A stretch of 64,000 bases of DNA from Lama guanicoe (Eukaryota), in NCBI GenBank assembly GCA_013239625.1, contig MU054323.1:20543082-20607081 (forward strand), read 5' to 3'. Position numbers and translations under genes: made by a program. The notes below the pieces were generated by a model that did no database searches, had not been told where the DNA came from, and saw nothing but the letters and a program-made list of their open reading frames with translations. Positions 1-12,235 of the stretch are shown here, piece after piece (within the stretch, counting starts at the first letter, position 1; each line of letters begins with the position of its first letter).

Positions 1-1409
1 CAGTGGGCTTTGGGCTTCTAATAACAAGAGTTCTCCTCTCCAAGAAGCAAACTCCTCCCTCCCACAGCGGCTCCCAGACAGCTCAGACCTGCTGTGGGAA
101 CTTCTGCTCGCCCGCCCTGAAAGCCCCCTGGCCTGGCCCCGGCTCCTGGCATGTTGTAAGTGCTGAGGACATATCGACTGATGGGCCACCCTGGGATGCG
201 TAGGTGACAGGGTCCTGCCCTCCAAGGGTTCCTAGTCAGTCCTACTCCCCTGGACTGCGCCCTAGGCTGGACACAGGAGGGCTCCCGTGGACCGGTTGCC
301 TGGCCTCCAGACACTTCCTCTTTGAGCAGTCCCGTCCCTGAGGGCAACAGCTGCAGCAGGCGGCACTAATGGGGGACATTGAAGAGGCAGCTCCTCCCGG
401 GAGGGCCTGTCACAGAGCCAGCTGGACACAGTGCCCCCACCTGTGCTGCCGGTCCAGCCTGGGGCGGGCATTGCGGCTGCCAGGGACATTTTTTCCCTGG
501 TGGCGGGATACAGCTGCTTGGAGAGCGATGGGGGAGAGCGGGAGAGGCGGAGGGAGTGTGGGCCCCAGCATTTGAGTCCCATCACACTCAGACAGACAGA
601 TGCTGACACAGACAGATGTGCTATCACACTGGATCATCACACACCCACACAGATGCCCCCACCCAATTACAAACCACACAATGACATGGCCACTTCCACC
701 GGGAGCTTGGGCAAAGCCAACACTGGGAGAGGCTGGGATGGTTTCGGACAATGAAGGAAGAAAATACAGCCGCCAAAGGCAGAACAGGAAAAACTCTGCC
801 TTTACCAGTGGGAAAAGCCTAGGTTTCTATTGCTTCCAGCCTAGCTCAAACCCGAGACTTTAAGAACTGTCTTTAGTTTCTCTGGACCACAGAGCCCAAA
901 GCCCAGAGCTCAGCCTAGTTAGCTTCACAAGCAGCCCCATGAAGCACATGGTGGGGAAACATTGCATTGGGACCCAGGAGGTCTGGGTCTCCAGGTTCAG
1001 CCAGGACCAGCCAGGCGACTGTGGAGCAGTCCTTTGATTTTTCCACTTCCTTGTCTCTGTACAAAGGGCCATTCCAATGTGTTTTCAGCCTGGAAATTTT
1101 GTAAAAGGGGATTGGGGCAAGGTGAGATAAGGGGACAGTGAGGAATGGAAGCTTAGAAAGCGGGACCCTCTGTCTAGTCTGGGAATCGTGGCGCACGCCA
1201 TAGGTGACCCCTTGAAGTCTTCCTAGAGAAAGGAAAAGACAGGTGGGGATGGAAGGGAGGCCAGGCCCTCCCTCCACTGGGCTAAGAAGCCACTTCCTAG
1301 GACAGCGTTCCCTTCCCCCACCCTCACAAGCCTGGCCTGGGTGAGCAGTCCCATCGGTGCCTCCAGCAGGCATGCCCCTGTCTGAGAACCAGACTCTGAG
1401 GCCCATGAC

Positions 1410-1470
1410 GATGATTCAGTGAGATAACATGTGGAAGGGGCTTAGGTGGTGTGCACCTGGCATAGTAAGG
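1410..1470 (+). mobile_element. MIR SINE 3' fragment
   Basis: GAGATAACATGTGGAAGGGGCTTAG...CCTGGCATAGTAAG resembles the MIR 3' end. Confidence 0.5.
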
Positions 1471-1740
1471 CTGGCCATCCTCATCGGTGGTTCCTTACAC
1501 CTACTAGTGTACTGCTCTCTTGGACTTCCAGGGACTTGTCTGTCCCATCCAAAGCTGAGATTTCCTCTGGGCTCCCTCTCCTGGACCAGTCCCCCTGTGG
1601 ACAAGTCAGAGATGGTAGGACCACTCTAGACCCCCGTCCTGGACCAGTCTCCCTGGGGTCCTGAACTGTGGTTCAAGCTCTGGGCTGGGTTCCAGAGGCC
1701 CTCCTGGCATCATCCTTGGCCCTACAAGCGTCTCAGCCTC

Positions 1741-2125
1741 ATTGAAGTACTTGATGGGCCGTGTCTTCTCTCTCAGGACCCAACCACATTTACAGATATT
1801 CCTGCTTTTTCATGGTCTGCTGGACACGGGATATGTTTTCAGCCCTTCAAAATGTGGTGCTGAGATCTATAACATTTGGTTTCTTCATCAATGTACAACT
1901 GAGTTATTTTTTACATCTATACAATGCTTCCTATGCACTTTGAATCCTTTTCAAAAACTATTATTCAGTATAACCCCCACATTTTATGTTAGCTTAAAAT
2001 GAGGTTTGCTACACTTTCACCAAGGAAGAGTTTATGAGGGAAGTGCTAACGATCCAAAGAATTTTGCAAACTGTTTTTTATATTTACTATATTTTGAACA
2101 CAATTCCGGATTATTCAAAAGAGAG
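1741..2125 (+). mobile_element. Possible hAT-superfamily transposase fossil
   Basis: AT-rich block in GC-rich surroundings; degenerate peptides FMVCWTRDMFSALQNVV...FGFFINVQ and FFTSIQ loosely follow the hAT CxxH / FFxxVQxLYxFF region. Confidence 0.3.
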
Positions 2126-2134
2126 CTGCATTAT

Positions 2135-3170
2135 TTTCTTTCTTTTTGGGTAAATTAAAAAAAATTTCAGTATAAGTGTATGTTAGAGACAGCAAAATGC
2201 AAAGTTACTCAGTTTGATGAGATTTTACATACACTCTTATTTAACCATGACCCAGATCAAGGTAGGGAACATTTTCAATACTCCAAAAGGTTCCCTCATC
2301 TCCTTCCTAGTCGATACCGCCCTTCCCCCATAGGCTACCATTCTGACCTCAATTATTTTAGAATGATTTTGCTTGTATTAGATTTGCATCTAAATGGATT
2401 CATCCAGCATATATACCCTTCTGTATCTGGCGTCATGTTTTTTGAGGTCCATCCATGTAGTTACATGAATCAGTAGTTCATTCTATTTAAATGCTGTGTA
2501 AATTTCCAACTTATAACTGTACAACAGTATGTTTATCTATTTTTCTGTCGACATATATTTAGAAATGCAGACAAAACCACAAGGCAATACCTTTACACAT
2601 TTCCTAGAAAAGCCAGAAATGCAACACGCTGACCAATACTGAGTGCTGGTGAAGTTGGCGGGCCGTGTGGAGCTCCACAAAGTGGTGGGGGCAGAGTTGG
2701 TTGGAACAATCACTGTTTAGCTGCACCAACTCAGGATGCACACACAGCTATCCTTTGACCCAGAAATTCCATCTTGGGTACCTGCCCAAGAGAAAGGCGT
2801 GCTTATACCTGCCAAAAGACATGTACCAGAATGTTCATGGCAGCTTTGTTGATAATTCCATCATTGTGTAAATGGCTGCCAAGTTCTCCATTGTGTGAAC
2901 GTACCAATCTCCCATTGCCCAGTATCAGTTCTAACCAAGGCTGAGATAAGCATCCTTAGGAACACACCTTGTATGAACTTAACAATTGTTTCCTTAGGAT
3001 CAATCCCCAGAAATGGATTGCTGAGTCAGAAGGTATGTACATCTTTTGAGTTTGAGACCCATATTGCTAAGCTGTCTTCAGAAAGGATACATCAATTCTC
3101 CCGACACAGATCACACGTGCCTGTGGTTGTAAGACTGTCACAAACCCCACAGTCACTCCCTGTTTAATTG
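2135..3170. mobile_element. Old L1 (L1M/L1ME-like) fragments in alternating orientation (- 2135-2560, + 2560-2860, - 2860-3170)
   Basis: Minus 3' end: ACCCAGATCAAGGTAGGGAACATTTTC. Plus ORF2 end: TTTGACCCAGAAATTCCATCTTGGGTA...CAGAATGTTCATGGCAGC. Minus: CCCAGAAATGGATTGCTGAGTCAGAAGG. Confidence 0.7.
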
Positions 3171-5959
3171 TGCCATGGAGCCCCAGGCTTTCCTGGTTCC
3201 TGGCAGTGAAAGGAAGGAAGGAAGGAAGGTTTGGGGTAAACACACTGGAAGCACAATCACCACAGCCCTCAGAGCCAGGCACTGGGGCCTCAGGGCCACC
3301 ACCTTCCTTCCACCTGCTGTGGCCAGAGTGTCTGCTGGTGCCGGTGGCCTCCCACAGGCAGAGCACAGGAAGTGGTGGCTGCCGCACATCAGTGACCAGC
3401 TGCACTGGCCCAGGAGTGCTGATGCAGGCCAGTCCAACATGGGAACATCAGCGGGTGAGCAAAACACCCAGCACTTCCTCCTCCTCAGCCCTTCAGCTGG
3501 GCACTGGTCTCCCTCTGAACCTCTTCCAGATTTCCCTTCCCCAGATGCCCCGGGGGTGTCCTGATGTTCAAGCAGGCAGCGCTGTGTGAAGGGGCATGGG
3601 GGAGGAAGTCAGACTGGCCCAAGGGTTAAAGGTTTTTCCTCCTCTCTTCTTTGAGATCAGAGCCAGGTCTACCTGATACAATGCGAAGAACCCCAAGAAG
3701 TCCCCAACTTGGCCAGCAGGAGTGCCCGAAATGCCTGCCTTGTACTCCTGCCTTTGTGTTCGAAGCTGCTCCACCTGCCCATCCACCCAGAGCAGCAGAA
3801 TCAGCAGGACGGAGGGAAGTTACGAGACCCCTTCCTCCTAGCGGGAAAGGGGAAGGAAGGTGGCAGGAAGCCTGCTTCCCCAAAGTCACAATTCAGCTGC
3901 CAACTGTGTGGGTCAAGTCAGCTATTCCAGCCATTTCATCCCAGTCAAGTCCTTTCTCCATGCTGGGAGAAGACCCAGCACTCAGTCTTCCCCAGGATCT
4001 TTCCTGCCAAGGGTCTGGCTTCTGCCAACCTACTCCCACCAGGGCAGGGACTGGGTGTCCGCAGGAGACAGGGCTAATAATATGTGGCTCTCAGAGGCCA
4101 GGCTCAGGGTAGAGGCCAAGGGAAGGGAGGAGACAGGCTGAGCAGCCCCTACTCTGGCCTTCCTTCTCTGTCCAGCTCAGGCTCCCAAGCTCCCCCCAAC
4201 CTCTGTCTGCTCTGAGCCCCTGCAGCCAGGATGGTTTGTGCCCTGACCAGCTTCCTTCTGGTCGCAGAGCCACACGCGTCTGGAGCCAGGAGCTCTCGGA
4301 GTTCTCGGAGGCCAGGTTAGGTTCCTCAAAGCAGAGCCTGAAATGGCCATCCCTGTGAAAATGGTGAATTGCAGGGGTACTTTTGGGAGCAGGGCAGTGA
4401 GGGAAGCAGGGTAGGGCAGGGGAGAACCAAGGCAAGGATGTGGCCTCTAGCTGAAGCCTGATCCCATGTTGCTCCAGAGAAGACTTAGAACACAGCGCTG
4501 GCCCAGCCTATGTTGTCCTGGGTCAGTCATTGGCTGTGGGCTGAGGGTGGAGGGGTGGGTACCTGGGAGGTGCCTGCCAGGACAGTTCTTCAAAGAAGGG
4601 GGCACAGTGAGCCTTAGTGGCCAAGTCTCACAGCGGCTGGTAAAAGAATCTGGGTGAGTAGCCACTGCACTCTCCCCACTCCAGGCGGGGAGCCCACACG
4701 CGAGCAGCCAGGCACCCGCCCCCAGACTCACCTCAGCCAATCCTCTGCAGCCCCATCTGGAAAGCACAAGAGCCTCCTCTCCAGATGAGCACAAGGGGGC
4801 CCAGGGAACAGGGGATGAAGGAGCAGCGGAGCCAGGGCCAAACAGCGTGCCCTTATTTCTGGAACAGGGGCCTCTAACCGGGAGGCAAAGACCTGGGCCT
4901 CCCCTGGAATTTCATGCTGGCTGTGGACTGTGCACGTGCCGGAGTTTAGGGAGAGAAAATCCCCAAGTGTCATGGAGTCTGAAAGGCAAGGAAACGAACT
5001 GTGATTGTCTCTCCTCACCTGGTTGTTCCCACAGACATGTCACCAACCAAGTGGATGTGACAGAGACTCTGGGCTCAGGAAATGCCTGGGGCTAGGCAGG
5101 TTCCCCACAGCCACGCACTCTGTGCCCTCCTCCCAGGCTTGTAGGGGTGCCGGGCTGGCCTGGAGTCTCAGGAGAAGGTGCTTCCTGTCTTCATCATGGG
5201 CTGGGGCTGGGCTGGGGCTCTAGGCCTGAACCCTTCAAGCTGCCAGAAGACAGTACCCAGACCAGGCCACCATCTGCACATCCGACACGTCTGTGCATAT
5301 TAGAAAAAGGCACCCTTGTGGGGGGAGACACACTACAAAAGACACTCCCTCTAAGCAGTGAACTTCAGGAAGGGCCCCTTCCTGAGGGTGGGCCAGCCGG
5401 CCTCCCCAGCGCTGCATAGCTCTGTAGGATCTCCTCCCCGCTCAACCAGTCAGCACCAGGGGACAAATCGCCTCCCTCCCTGTGCCCCCAGAAACCGAGA
5501 CCTGTTTCCAGGGTGAGAGAGGGAGCAGGAAAAGGCTGGAGTGGATGCCTAGGGCTCTGGAATCTGAACTAGGGCAGAGCTGGGGCAGCATCTCAATGAA
5601 GCTGCAGACAGATTCTGGGCCTCGAGCCAACTGTGCACCAGACCTGTGAGGGGGACCCCGGCCGTGCCAGGAAGGTGGGGCTGCTCAAGTCAGGGCGGGG
5701 GTGCACACATGTCCATGGAGGTACCCGAAAGGCAGCAGAGGCTGAGGGACATGAGGGTCCGGGAGGCACAAGCCTGAACCTCCATTCAACACGGTGACAC
5801 CCACTGAGCCCTGCCAGGAGCGGGAGGCATCTAGATATGCGTCTGAGGGGGCGCGCATCTCGTGCCCTGTCCTCAACAACAGCCTGCTGTGCAGACTGCG
5901 GGAGGTGTCCGTGGAGGGGTCCTCCATCAGGTCCAGTTCCGTGGACCTCAGTCCCTCAT

Positions 5960-6117
5960 TCCTGCCTGCCCGAGAGAATCACCTGAGCCTTAAAGCAATA
6001 CAACCGCCGGGTCCCACCGGGATTCCATAACTCTAGGGTAAGGTCATGCTCTTACTCATTTATTTGTAGGCTCTGGGGTTATTCTACTGTGCAGCCAGCC
6101 AGGGCAGAGAACTACTG
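5960..6117. mobile_element. MER5-like hAT-Charlie MITE
   Basis: GAGAATCACCTG...GGGTCCCACC...GAGAACTACTG terminus. Confidence 0.45.
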
Positions 6118-6329
6118 AATTGATCATTCACTCCAAGAGAGGCTTTCCTTTCCAGAAACGGCTCTGAGATCAATCGGGTTTGGGAAATGCCTTCTATTCT
6201 GTCTCCTCTTGGTGATTCATAGGACATGCTGACATATCAAAGAATTTCCCAAGTGAAAAAAATTCTTTGCCCTGGAAACTTGTTCTTCTTGGCAGCGGCG
6301 GCGGTGGTGGTGATGTGCCCACGTGTGCA

Positions 6330-6445
6330 ATACTGTCCTTATTTTATAAATGGGACTCCAAGAGTTTAAGGGACTTGCCCAGTGTGGTCACCACGGTCAG
6401 TGGCAGAGTGCCGACTCAGACCCAGGGCTCTCTCTGCTTCGCACA
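6330..6445 (-). mobile_element. MIR SINE
   Basis: CTTATTTTATAAATGGG...GGACTTGCCCAG...GGTCAGTGGCAGAG. Confidence 0.6.
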
Positions 6446-7809
6446 TTGACCCCACTCAACACTCCCCAAATTTCTCTAGAAACAGGGCTCTCGGCAACTC
6501 CTCCTGGGAGTCAGATGGCCCAGGTGGGGCTGTGGCAAAACGCTCACACAGCTCCCCCTCCCAGCTGGCCTCCTGTCTCTCCCAGCAGTCAGGCCCCAGT
6601 CCTGCTGGAGGCCACGGAGCTCCTGCATAGAGCCAACGTGGCAGACCTGTCCTCCCTGCGGGGGCGCGACTGCCTTCCCTGGGCCCAGATCCTCTCCACC
6701 CAGTTCGGTGCAGGCTCACAATCCTCCCAGCTCTCTGTCTCCCCTGAGGGCAGGGAGGAAGGCAGCTGGTTTCTAAATTTTCTTCCTGCAGGTCCTCATC
6801 ATCATGGCTTTCCTAGCACTATGAAGTGAGCCATTCTTCCCAGCGCAAGGTGGAACTGAAGGCACTTCAACCGAAGGGGAAGGGGAAGAACTGAAGGCCA
6901 AGGCTCGGGAGAGAGTTCCTGGAGGTTACGTGACCATCTTTAAGTAGGGGTGTAGGTCCTGCAAAGCTCCGAAACTCAGGCTGCTCTCCTGACACCCGCC
7001 AGGTCCCCTCTCCAAGCTCCCCAGGCTGGGGCAGGAAGTGGTTCCCCCTTCCAAAAGAATTTCAAAGAAATGCCCCTGTGCCCCAGGTCGCTGCATTCCT
7101 TCAGCAAAAGGGAGCTGCCAGAGCTGGTGAAACCCGAGTCCTGTGGTGCAGGCTGGACCGGAAGCACGTCTGAGATCTCAGAACCTGCACCAAGGCAGGG
7201 AAAAGTCTCTTAGAGTGTGTTCATCTTTTGTTTCCTGGCTAAATCTAATTAAGACAAGGTCCTAGCTTCCTCTGAGTCTGCTGCAGGTCATCAGGCAGTT
7301 TCTAAGAAGGACTGTGAAAACTCTCTGGCTTCCCCACAGCAAGACTCACTCAGAATGTGTCCTGTTCTCTCTGGAGTCTTATTTCAGCAACAAGTCAATG
7401 TCTTCCCATAAGGGGTGTGAATGATAAGCTTCTGTTTCCCAGTGAAGTTTAGGAGCTAAACTTCCCTCTCACCAGTGCACCACCCCCTCCTCCACACACA
7501 AAGTAGACTCTACATCCACCTAACAACTCTTTCTTATTCCCTAAATAACCCAGCCCAAAGGAAGAAAGACAGGTGGTCAGAATCAGAGAGGTGTAAGAAG
7601 AAACCAGGGGGCCAAATACAGTGAGAGTGAGCAAGGCGCAGGCAGAGCAATAACTCATCGTCTAGAGAGGCAGGCTGGCGGCACCTGGGAAGTCCACTTG
7701 GGGATCAAAGTGGCTAAGCAAGGATAGTCTTAGATGACTCCAAGGTAAGCCCAGCTGGCTAGCACCCCAGCATCCAGGAGGGCTGGCACCTTGACTTGAC
7801 TTGGCAGAA

Positions 7810-8012
7810 TAATCATGTACATGCTTCTCTATGTACTTGATGTTTATTTAATCTTCCCAACAATTCTATAATAGCCCCATTTTACAGATGAAGTAACTGA
7901 GGCACAGAGAGAGTAGGTAACTTGCCTAGAGTCATACAATCAGTATGTCGGAGAGCCCAGATTTGAACCCGGCAATCTGGCTTCAGAGTCTAAGCACCAA
8001 ACCACCACATCG
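7810..8012 (-). mobile_element. MIR SINE
   Basis: Clear core CCCATTTTACAGATGAAGTAACTGAGGCACAGAGA...GATTTGAACCCGG. Confidence 0.9.
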
Positions 8013-8024
8013 CAGCTCACACCC

Positions 8025-8525
8025 GTTACTGGATGTTCAAGTTGCTGTGGCTGTACAATCCCCAAACTTAGTGGCTTAAAACATCGTCAACCATCTGTTT
8101 AGCTCATGAGTCTACAATCTGGGCAGGGCATGGTAAGAAAGGTTAGGTTCTGCTGGGGCATCTTATCTGAGGACAGGAGGGCCCACGGGCAAGATGATCC
8201 ACTCACATGGTTAGCAAGTGCGAAACAGCTGCTGGCTGGGAGATCAGGCCAGATAGAGACCTGGGACTGTGCTCTTTTCTGTGCGGGACTCTCCACGGGC
8301 TGCTTGGCCTTCCTCGCAGCATGGTGTCTGGGTTCCAAGAGTGAGACCCCCAAGAGACAGGAAATGGAAACTGACAGTTTTTTAAAGCTTAGGCCCAGAA
8401 ACTGGCAGGGCATCATTTTTGCCATATTCTGTTGGTTGAAGCAGTGATGTATCCCAGGTTCAAGGGAAAGGGGTCTAATGGAAGGAGTATTAGAATTTGG
8501 GACTGTGTTTTTAAACTGCTACATG
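8025..8525 (-). mobile_element. MaLR MLT1 solo LTR (old subfamily)
   Basis: CCCCAAACTTAGTGGCTTAAAACA...GCTCATGAGTCTACAATCTGGGCAGGG...GCCATATTCTGTTGGTTGAAGCAGT. Confidence 0.8.
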
Positions 8526-8624
8526 GGGCCTGGGGTTCAGAAGAAGTCCTGGATCTCAGGAATGAGGGAGTTACCGCTCACTGCTACCTTTTGCTCAGGG
8601 CTGAGCAGAGGGAAGTAAGTCTCC

Positions 8625-8790
8625 AGTGTGTGCCAGGTCTTGGCCTCACAGGCATTATCTCAATTACCTCAATCGCATGCAGGTTTTCTCACCACTTTAG
8701 ATGAGTGCTGTGAGCCTCAGAGAGGGCATTAACCTTACCCAAGGTCGCCCAGCTGGTAAGTGGCAGAGCTTTTCTGATTCCAGAGCTGAA
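8625..8790 (-). mobile_element. MIR SINE
   Basis: CTCAGAGAGGGCATTAACCTTACCCAAGGTCGCCCAGCTGGTAAGTGGCAGAGC. Confidence 0.75.
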
Positions 8791-10084
8791 CCTTGAGCTC
8801 TCCTGGGGAACTGCCCACAGATGAGGAGCAGGGCTGGCCCCAGAGGTACAACGAGGTTGTCCGGGAAGAGGACAATGAGCCAAGCTATTACTCCCTACCC
8901 GCTCCAGAACCCCCACCAGGTCAGAGAAGGACTCCAAACACTCTGTCTCAAGGCATCCTTTCCCTCCTGTGCCTCCTCCCCGGCTGGGGCATGTACAGAC
9001 CTTCCTCCTTGGCCCTGCCTCCCAAATTGTGTTTCTCAATTCCGAGCAGTTCCCGAAATCCTCTCTGTACTTCCTTGAAACCTTCCCAGAGGCATTCCCC
9101 CAGTTCTACCTGTCTCAGCCATAAGCTGCGACTAATTACCAGCATAAAGCTTTCAAGTCTTTAAATAAACTTTTTGTTTATAATTTTAGATTCACAGAAA
9201 AATTCTAAAGGTGGTACAGAGAGCTCCCATGTTCTCTATGCCAGTTTCCCCTATTATTATCACCTTATGTTAGCCTGCTACCTGTCACAATGAGTAGACA
9301 AATACTGATATATTACTGTTAGCCGTGTGATATTATGAGCATTATTATTAAAGCATAAGTCCATACTTTCTTCCAATTTCCTTAGTTTTTTGCCCAACAT
9401 CCTTTTTCTTTTCCAGGGACCACATTACATTTAGTTGGCATGTCTCCTTAGGTTCCTCTTGGCTGTGACAGTTTCTCAGACTTGCCTTGTTTTTGATCAT
9501 CTTGACAGTTTTGAGGAGCACTGGTCAGGGATTTTGTAGACTATTCCACAGTCCGGACTCTGATGCTTTTTCTCATGGTTAGACTGGAGTTATGGGTTTG
9601 GGGGAGAAGACCACAGAGGCGAAGTGCCATCTCGTCACATCACACCCAGGGTACATGCTACCTACGTGACTTACCATTGTCGATGCCGACTTGGCCACCT
9701 GGCTGAGGCGGTGTTCATCAGGTTTCTCCACTATCAAGTTCCTCTTTTGTCCTGTTTCCACACTGCACTGTTTGGAAGGAAGCCACTATGTGCAGCCACA
9801 TTTAAGGAGTGGGGAGCTAAGCTCCTCCTTGAGTGCAAAGTGTCAACTAAATCACTGGGAATTCTGGACTGGAGTTTTGTTTTTCTTCCCCAACTTATTT
9901 GTTTTATTTAATAACCTAATTATTTAATTATTAATTATTTAATCCATTTATGTAAGATGAAAATGTATTTTATACTTTGGCTAATAATCCAACACAATTG
10001 TATTTATTTTCTTGCTCAAATTGTTCCAGCTTTGGTCACTGGAGCTCTTTCAGTTGGCTCCTGTGTCCCTTTGACATACTTCCA

Positions 10085-10089
<5 letters not shown>

Positions 10090-10151
<62 letters not shown>
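10090..10151. repeat. (TTA)n microsatellite, about 20 units
   Basis: Perfect TTA array, directly visible. Confidence 0.98.
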
Positions 10152-10786
10152 TTGCACTTCTTTACTTTCTGGCACTGCAAGAGGCTCCAGCTTCATCTTT
10201 TGTATTTCCTGCCTCCTGTCCTAGAACCAGCCATTTCTTCAAGGAGCCCTGGTTCTTTTTATTGGAGAATGGCATTGGAAACCAAGATCTGGCCACTAAA
10301 TGAGCCCATTGGTACTGGGGTATCTCAGTTTCTAGGCCTTCTCACCTGATAGAACAAGGAAATATACATGTGTAGCCTAACCTGTGTGTCTATCCAACTT
10401 ACCAAATATACACCAATCTATCAATATTTCTATATGTAAACATTTGAATCTATATTAGAGTAAACCTGAGTTCACACTGATGTCTACAGCTCTAATCCAT
10501 GAGCACAAGGATCATACTAGCCTTCTCCCTTCGCTTGTCTGTAACCTTCCACCTCCTACTCCCACAGTGAGAAATCTGGCTCCCACTGTCCACCATCCAT
10601 TTACTTAGTGGTCCAATTCCAGTATGCATGCGTAGGGGTTTCCGAATGTTATCTCATACCCTACGGGAAACTGCTTCATCAACCAGCATACAGTGCTTAT
10701 GCAGTTTCTTTTGCCTTTAGTCTTACAGACACTACTCATTTCCAAAGTTATCTAAATCGAAACTTCCCCCCACCCCCCACTTGAGC

Positions 10787-10921
10787 GAAGTTGTTTCATA
10801 CAGATAGGTTTGTCATAGTCTGCATTCCATCCTGGGATCTCCTGGCCATGAAGTTGTTTCATACATTTGTAATACAGATAGGTTTGTCATAGTCTGCATT
10901 CCATCCTGGGATCTCCTGGCC
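10787..10921. repeat. Tandem duplication (61-bp and 72-bp copies)
   Basis: GAAGTTGTTTCATAC[ATTTGTAATAC]AGATAGGTTTGTCATAGTCTGCATTCCATCCTGGGATCTCCTGGCC occurs at 10787-10847 and 10850-10921; the bracketed 11 bp is only in the second copy. Confidence 0.95.
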
Positions 10922-11119
10922 TCTTAAATGATTTTTTTTAATGTATATACCTTAAGATTCACTCTGTGCTGTAAAGTTTTATGGGTTTCAAAAAATGCAG
11001 TGTCGTGTATCTATCATTAAAATATCATACAGAACAATTTCACCCTCTTAAAGAACACCCTGAACTTCACCCAGTCAACCTCTCCCCGACCCTCAAGAAG
11101 CCTTCAATTTTAAAGCACA

Positions 11120-11290
11120 TTTAAGTGTTTTTTCACAGTCTCTTTCATGCACATCACCTTATTGAATCTGCAAAGCAGGCTGGGAAGAGCATAAGCAGCA
11201 CACTTACTTTTTGGAGGAGGAGACTGAAGCTCAGCAGCATTAACGGGCTTGCCTATGGCCACGTGGCTAGTGTGCGCACACTCGAGGCTG
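11120..11290 (-). mobile_element. MIR SINE
   Basis: GAGGAGACTGAAGCTCAG...CTTGCCTATGGCCACGTGGCTAGT. Confidence 0.65.
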
Positions 11291-11409
11291 ACCCTGCTGC
11301 TTTATTTCTACTGTACTCGGGTCAGGGGTGGTTCCCAGACCCCAGAGGTGGGGTTCGGGCAGGAGACTGAGCTGCAAGTGAAAACAAGCCGAGTGAAAAC
11401 AAGCAACTC

Positions 11410-11550
11410 CTGAGCTTCAGTCCTGGTTCTGTTACCTTTCGCCGGGTGGTCTTGACTAAATCACTTTCCCTGGCTGGGAAGGTTACAGTTTCCTCTTCTG
11501 TAAAGTAGTGAGGGATGAGGTGGTCCCTGGGTCCCATTCGAGTCTAGCAA
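11410..11550 (+). mobile_element. MIR/MIR3 SINE
   Basis: AGTCCTGGTTCTG...AAATCACTTTCCC...CAGTTTCCTCTTCTGTAAAGT. Confidence 0.6.
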
Positions 11551-11784
11551 GCCATGCCTGGCCTTAGCATGCGGCTAAGTGCAGTCACAGGGAGGTTTGG
11601 GGGTAGTCAGGCAGACAGCTGCCAAGGAAAGCTCCAGTCAACCACAGAGACGCAGTGGTGGGCCGCGCTGGAGGTGGGGGGGCGGGGGTGCCCAGGGTAG
11701 CAGCTCCCACCCTGCTCTCCTCCCACCAAGCTCTCCAGGCTGTGAAACCACACAAGCTTTTGTATCCTATTCCACAGTTTATAG

Positions 11785-12065
11785 TAGTGTTTTTCAAACT
11801 GTAGTTTAAGGCCCAATGGGTCATGGCCTGCAATTAAAAAAAAAAAAAAGAATGAAATAGAGTAAAATAGATCAATGTATTCAACATAATAAGGATAAAT
11901 CTAAACCTACACTTATTATGTTGAACGCACTGATCTATTTAAAAATTGTGGCTCATGACCCATTGGGCCTTGAGCTACAGTTTGAAAATTTTTGTTTTGA
12001 TTATATTTGCAGGTAATGGGTCAATATGTAAAATGTATTGGTCAGAAAAGCCTGAAGTTGCTGGG
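11785..12065. mobile_element. hAT-Charlie-type non-autonomous DNA transposon with an internal inverted duplication
   Basis: Starts TAGTGTTTTTCAAACTG; contains GGGTCATG...AATGAAATAGA; ends ATGTAAAATGTATTGGTCAGAAAAG; 11912-11988 is an inverted copy of the left part. Confidence 0.6.
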
Positions 12066-12079
12066 CTGACCAAACACAT

Positions 12080-12235
12080 TTGACATCTTTATCTCATTTT
12101 AACCTTCCTATAAAACCGTATTATCATCCGTATTTTCCAATGAGGAAACAAGCTCAGAGAGGTCCAATGGTACACTCAAGGTCTCCCAGTTAGTGAGAGG
12201 CAGGTTATGAAGAACACTCCCAGCTCCCAGACCCA
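12080..12235 (-). mobile_element. MIR SINE
   Basis: ATTTTCCAATGAGGAAACAAGCTCAGAGAGG...CAAGGTCTCCCAGTTAGT. Confidence 0.75.

Larger units (their letters stand above)
9160..11100 (-). mobile_element. L1MC-like LINE-1 3' region
   Basis: TAATTTTAGATTCACAGAAAA...GTGACAGTTTCTCAGACTTGCCTTGTTTTTGAT...CATTTCTTCAAGGAGCCCTGGTTC, typical of L1MC 3' UTRs. Confidence 0.8.

Noticed and set aside
9957..10349. Poly-Ile and poly-Tyr ORFs
   Set aside because: They are translations of the (TTA)n microsatellite inside an antisense L1
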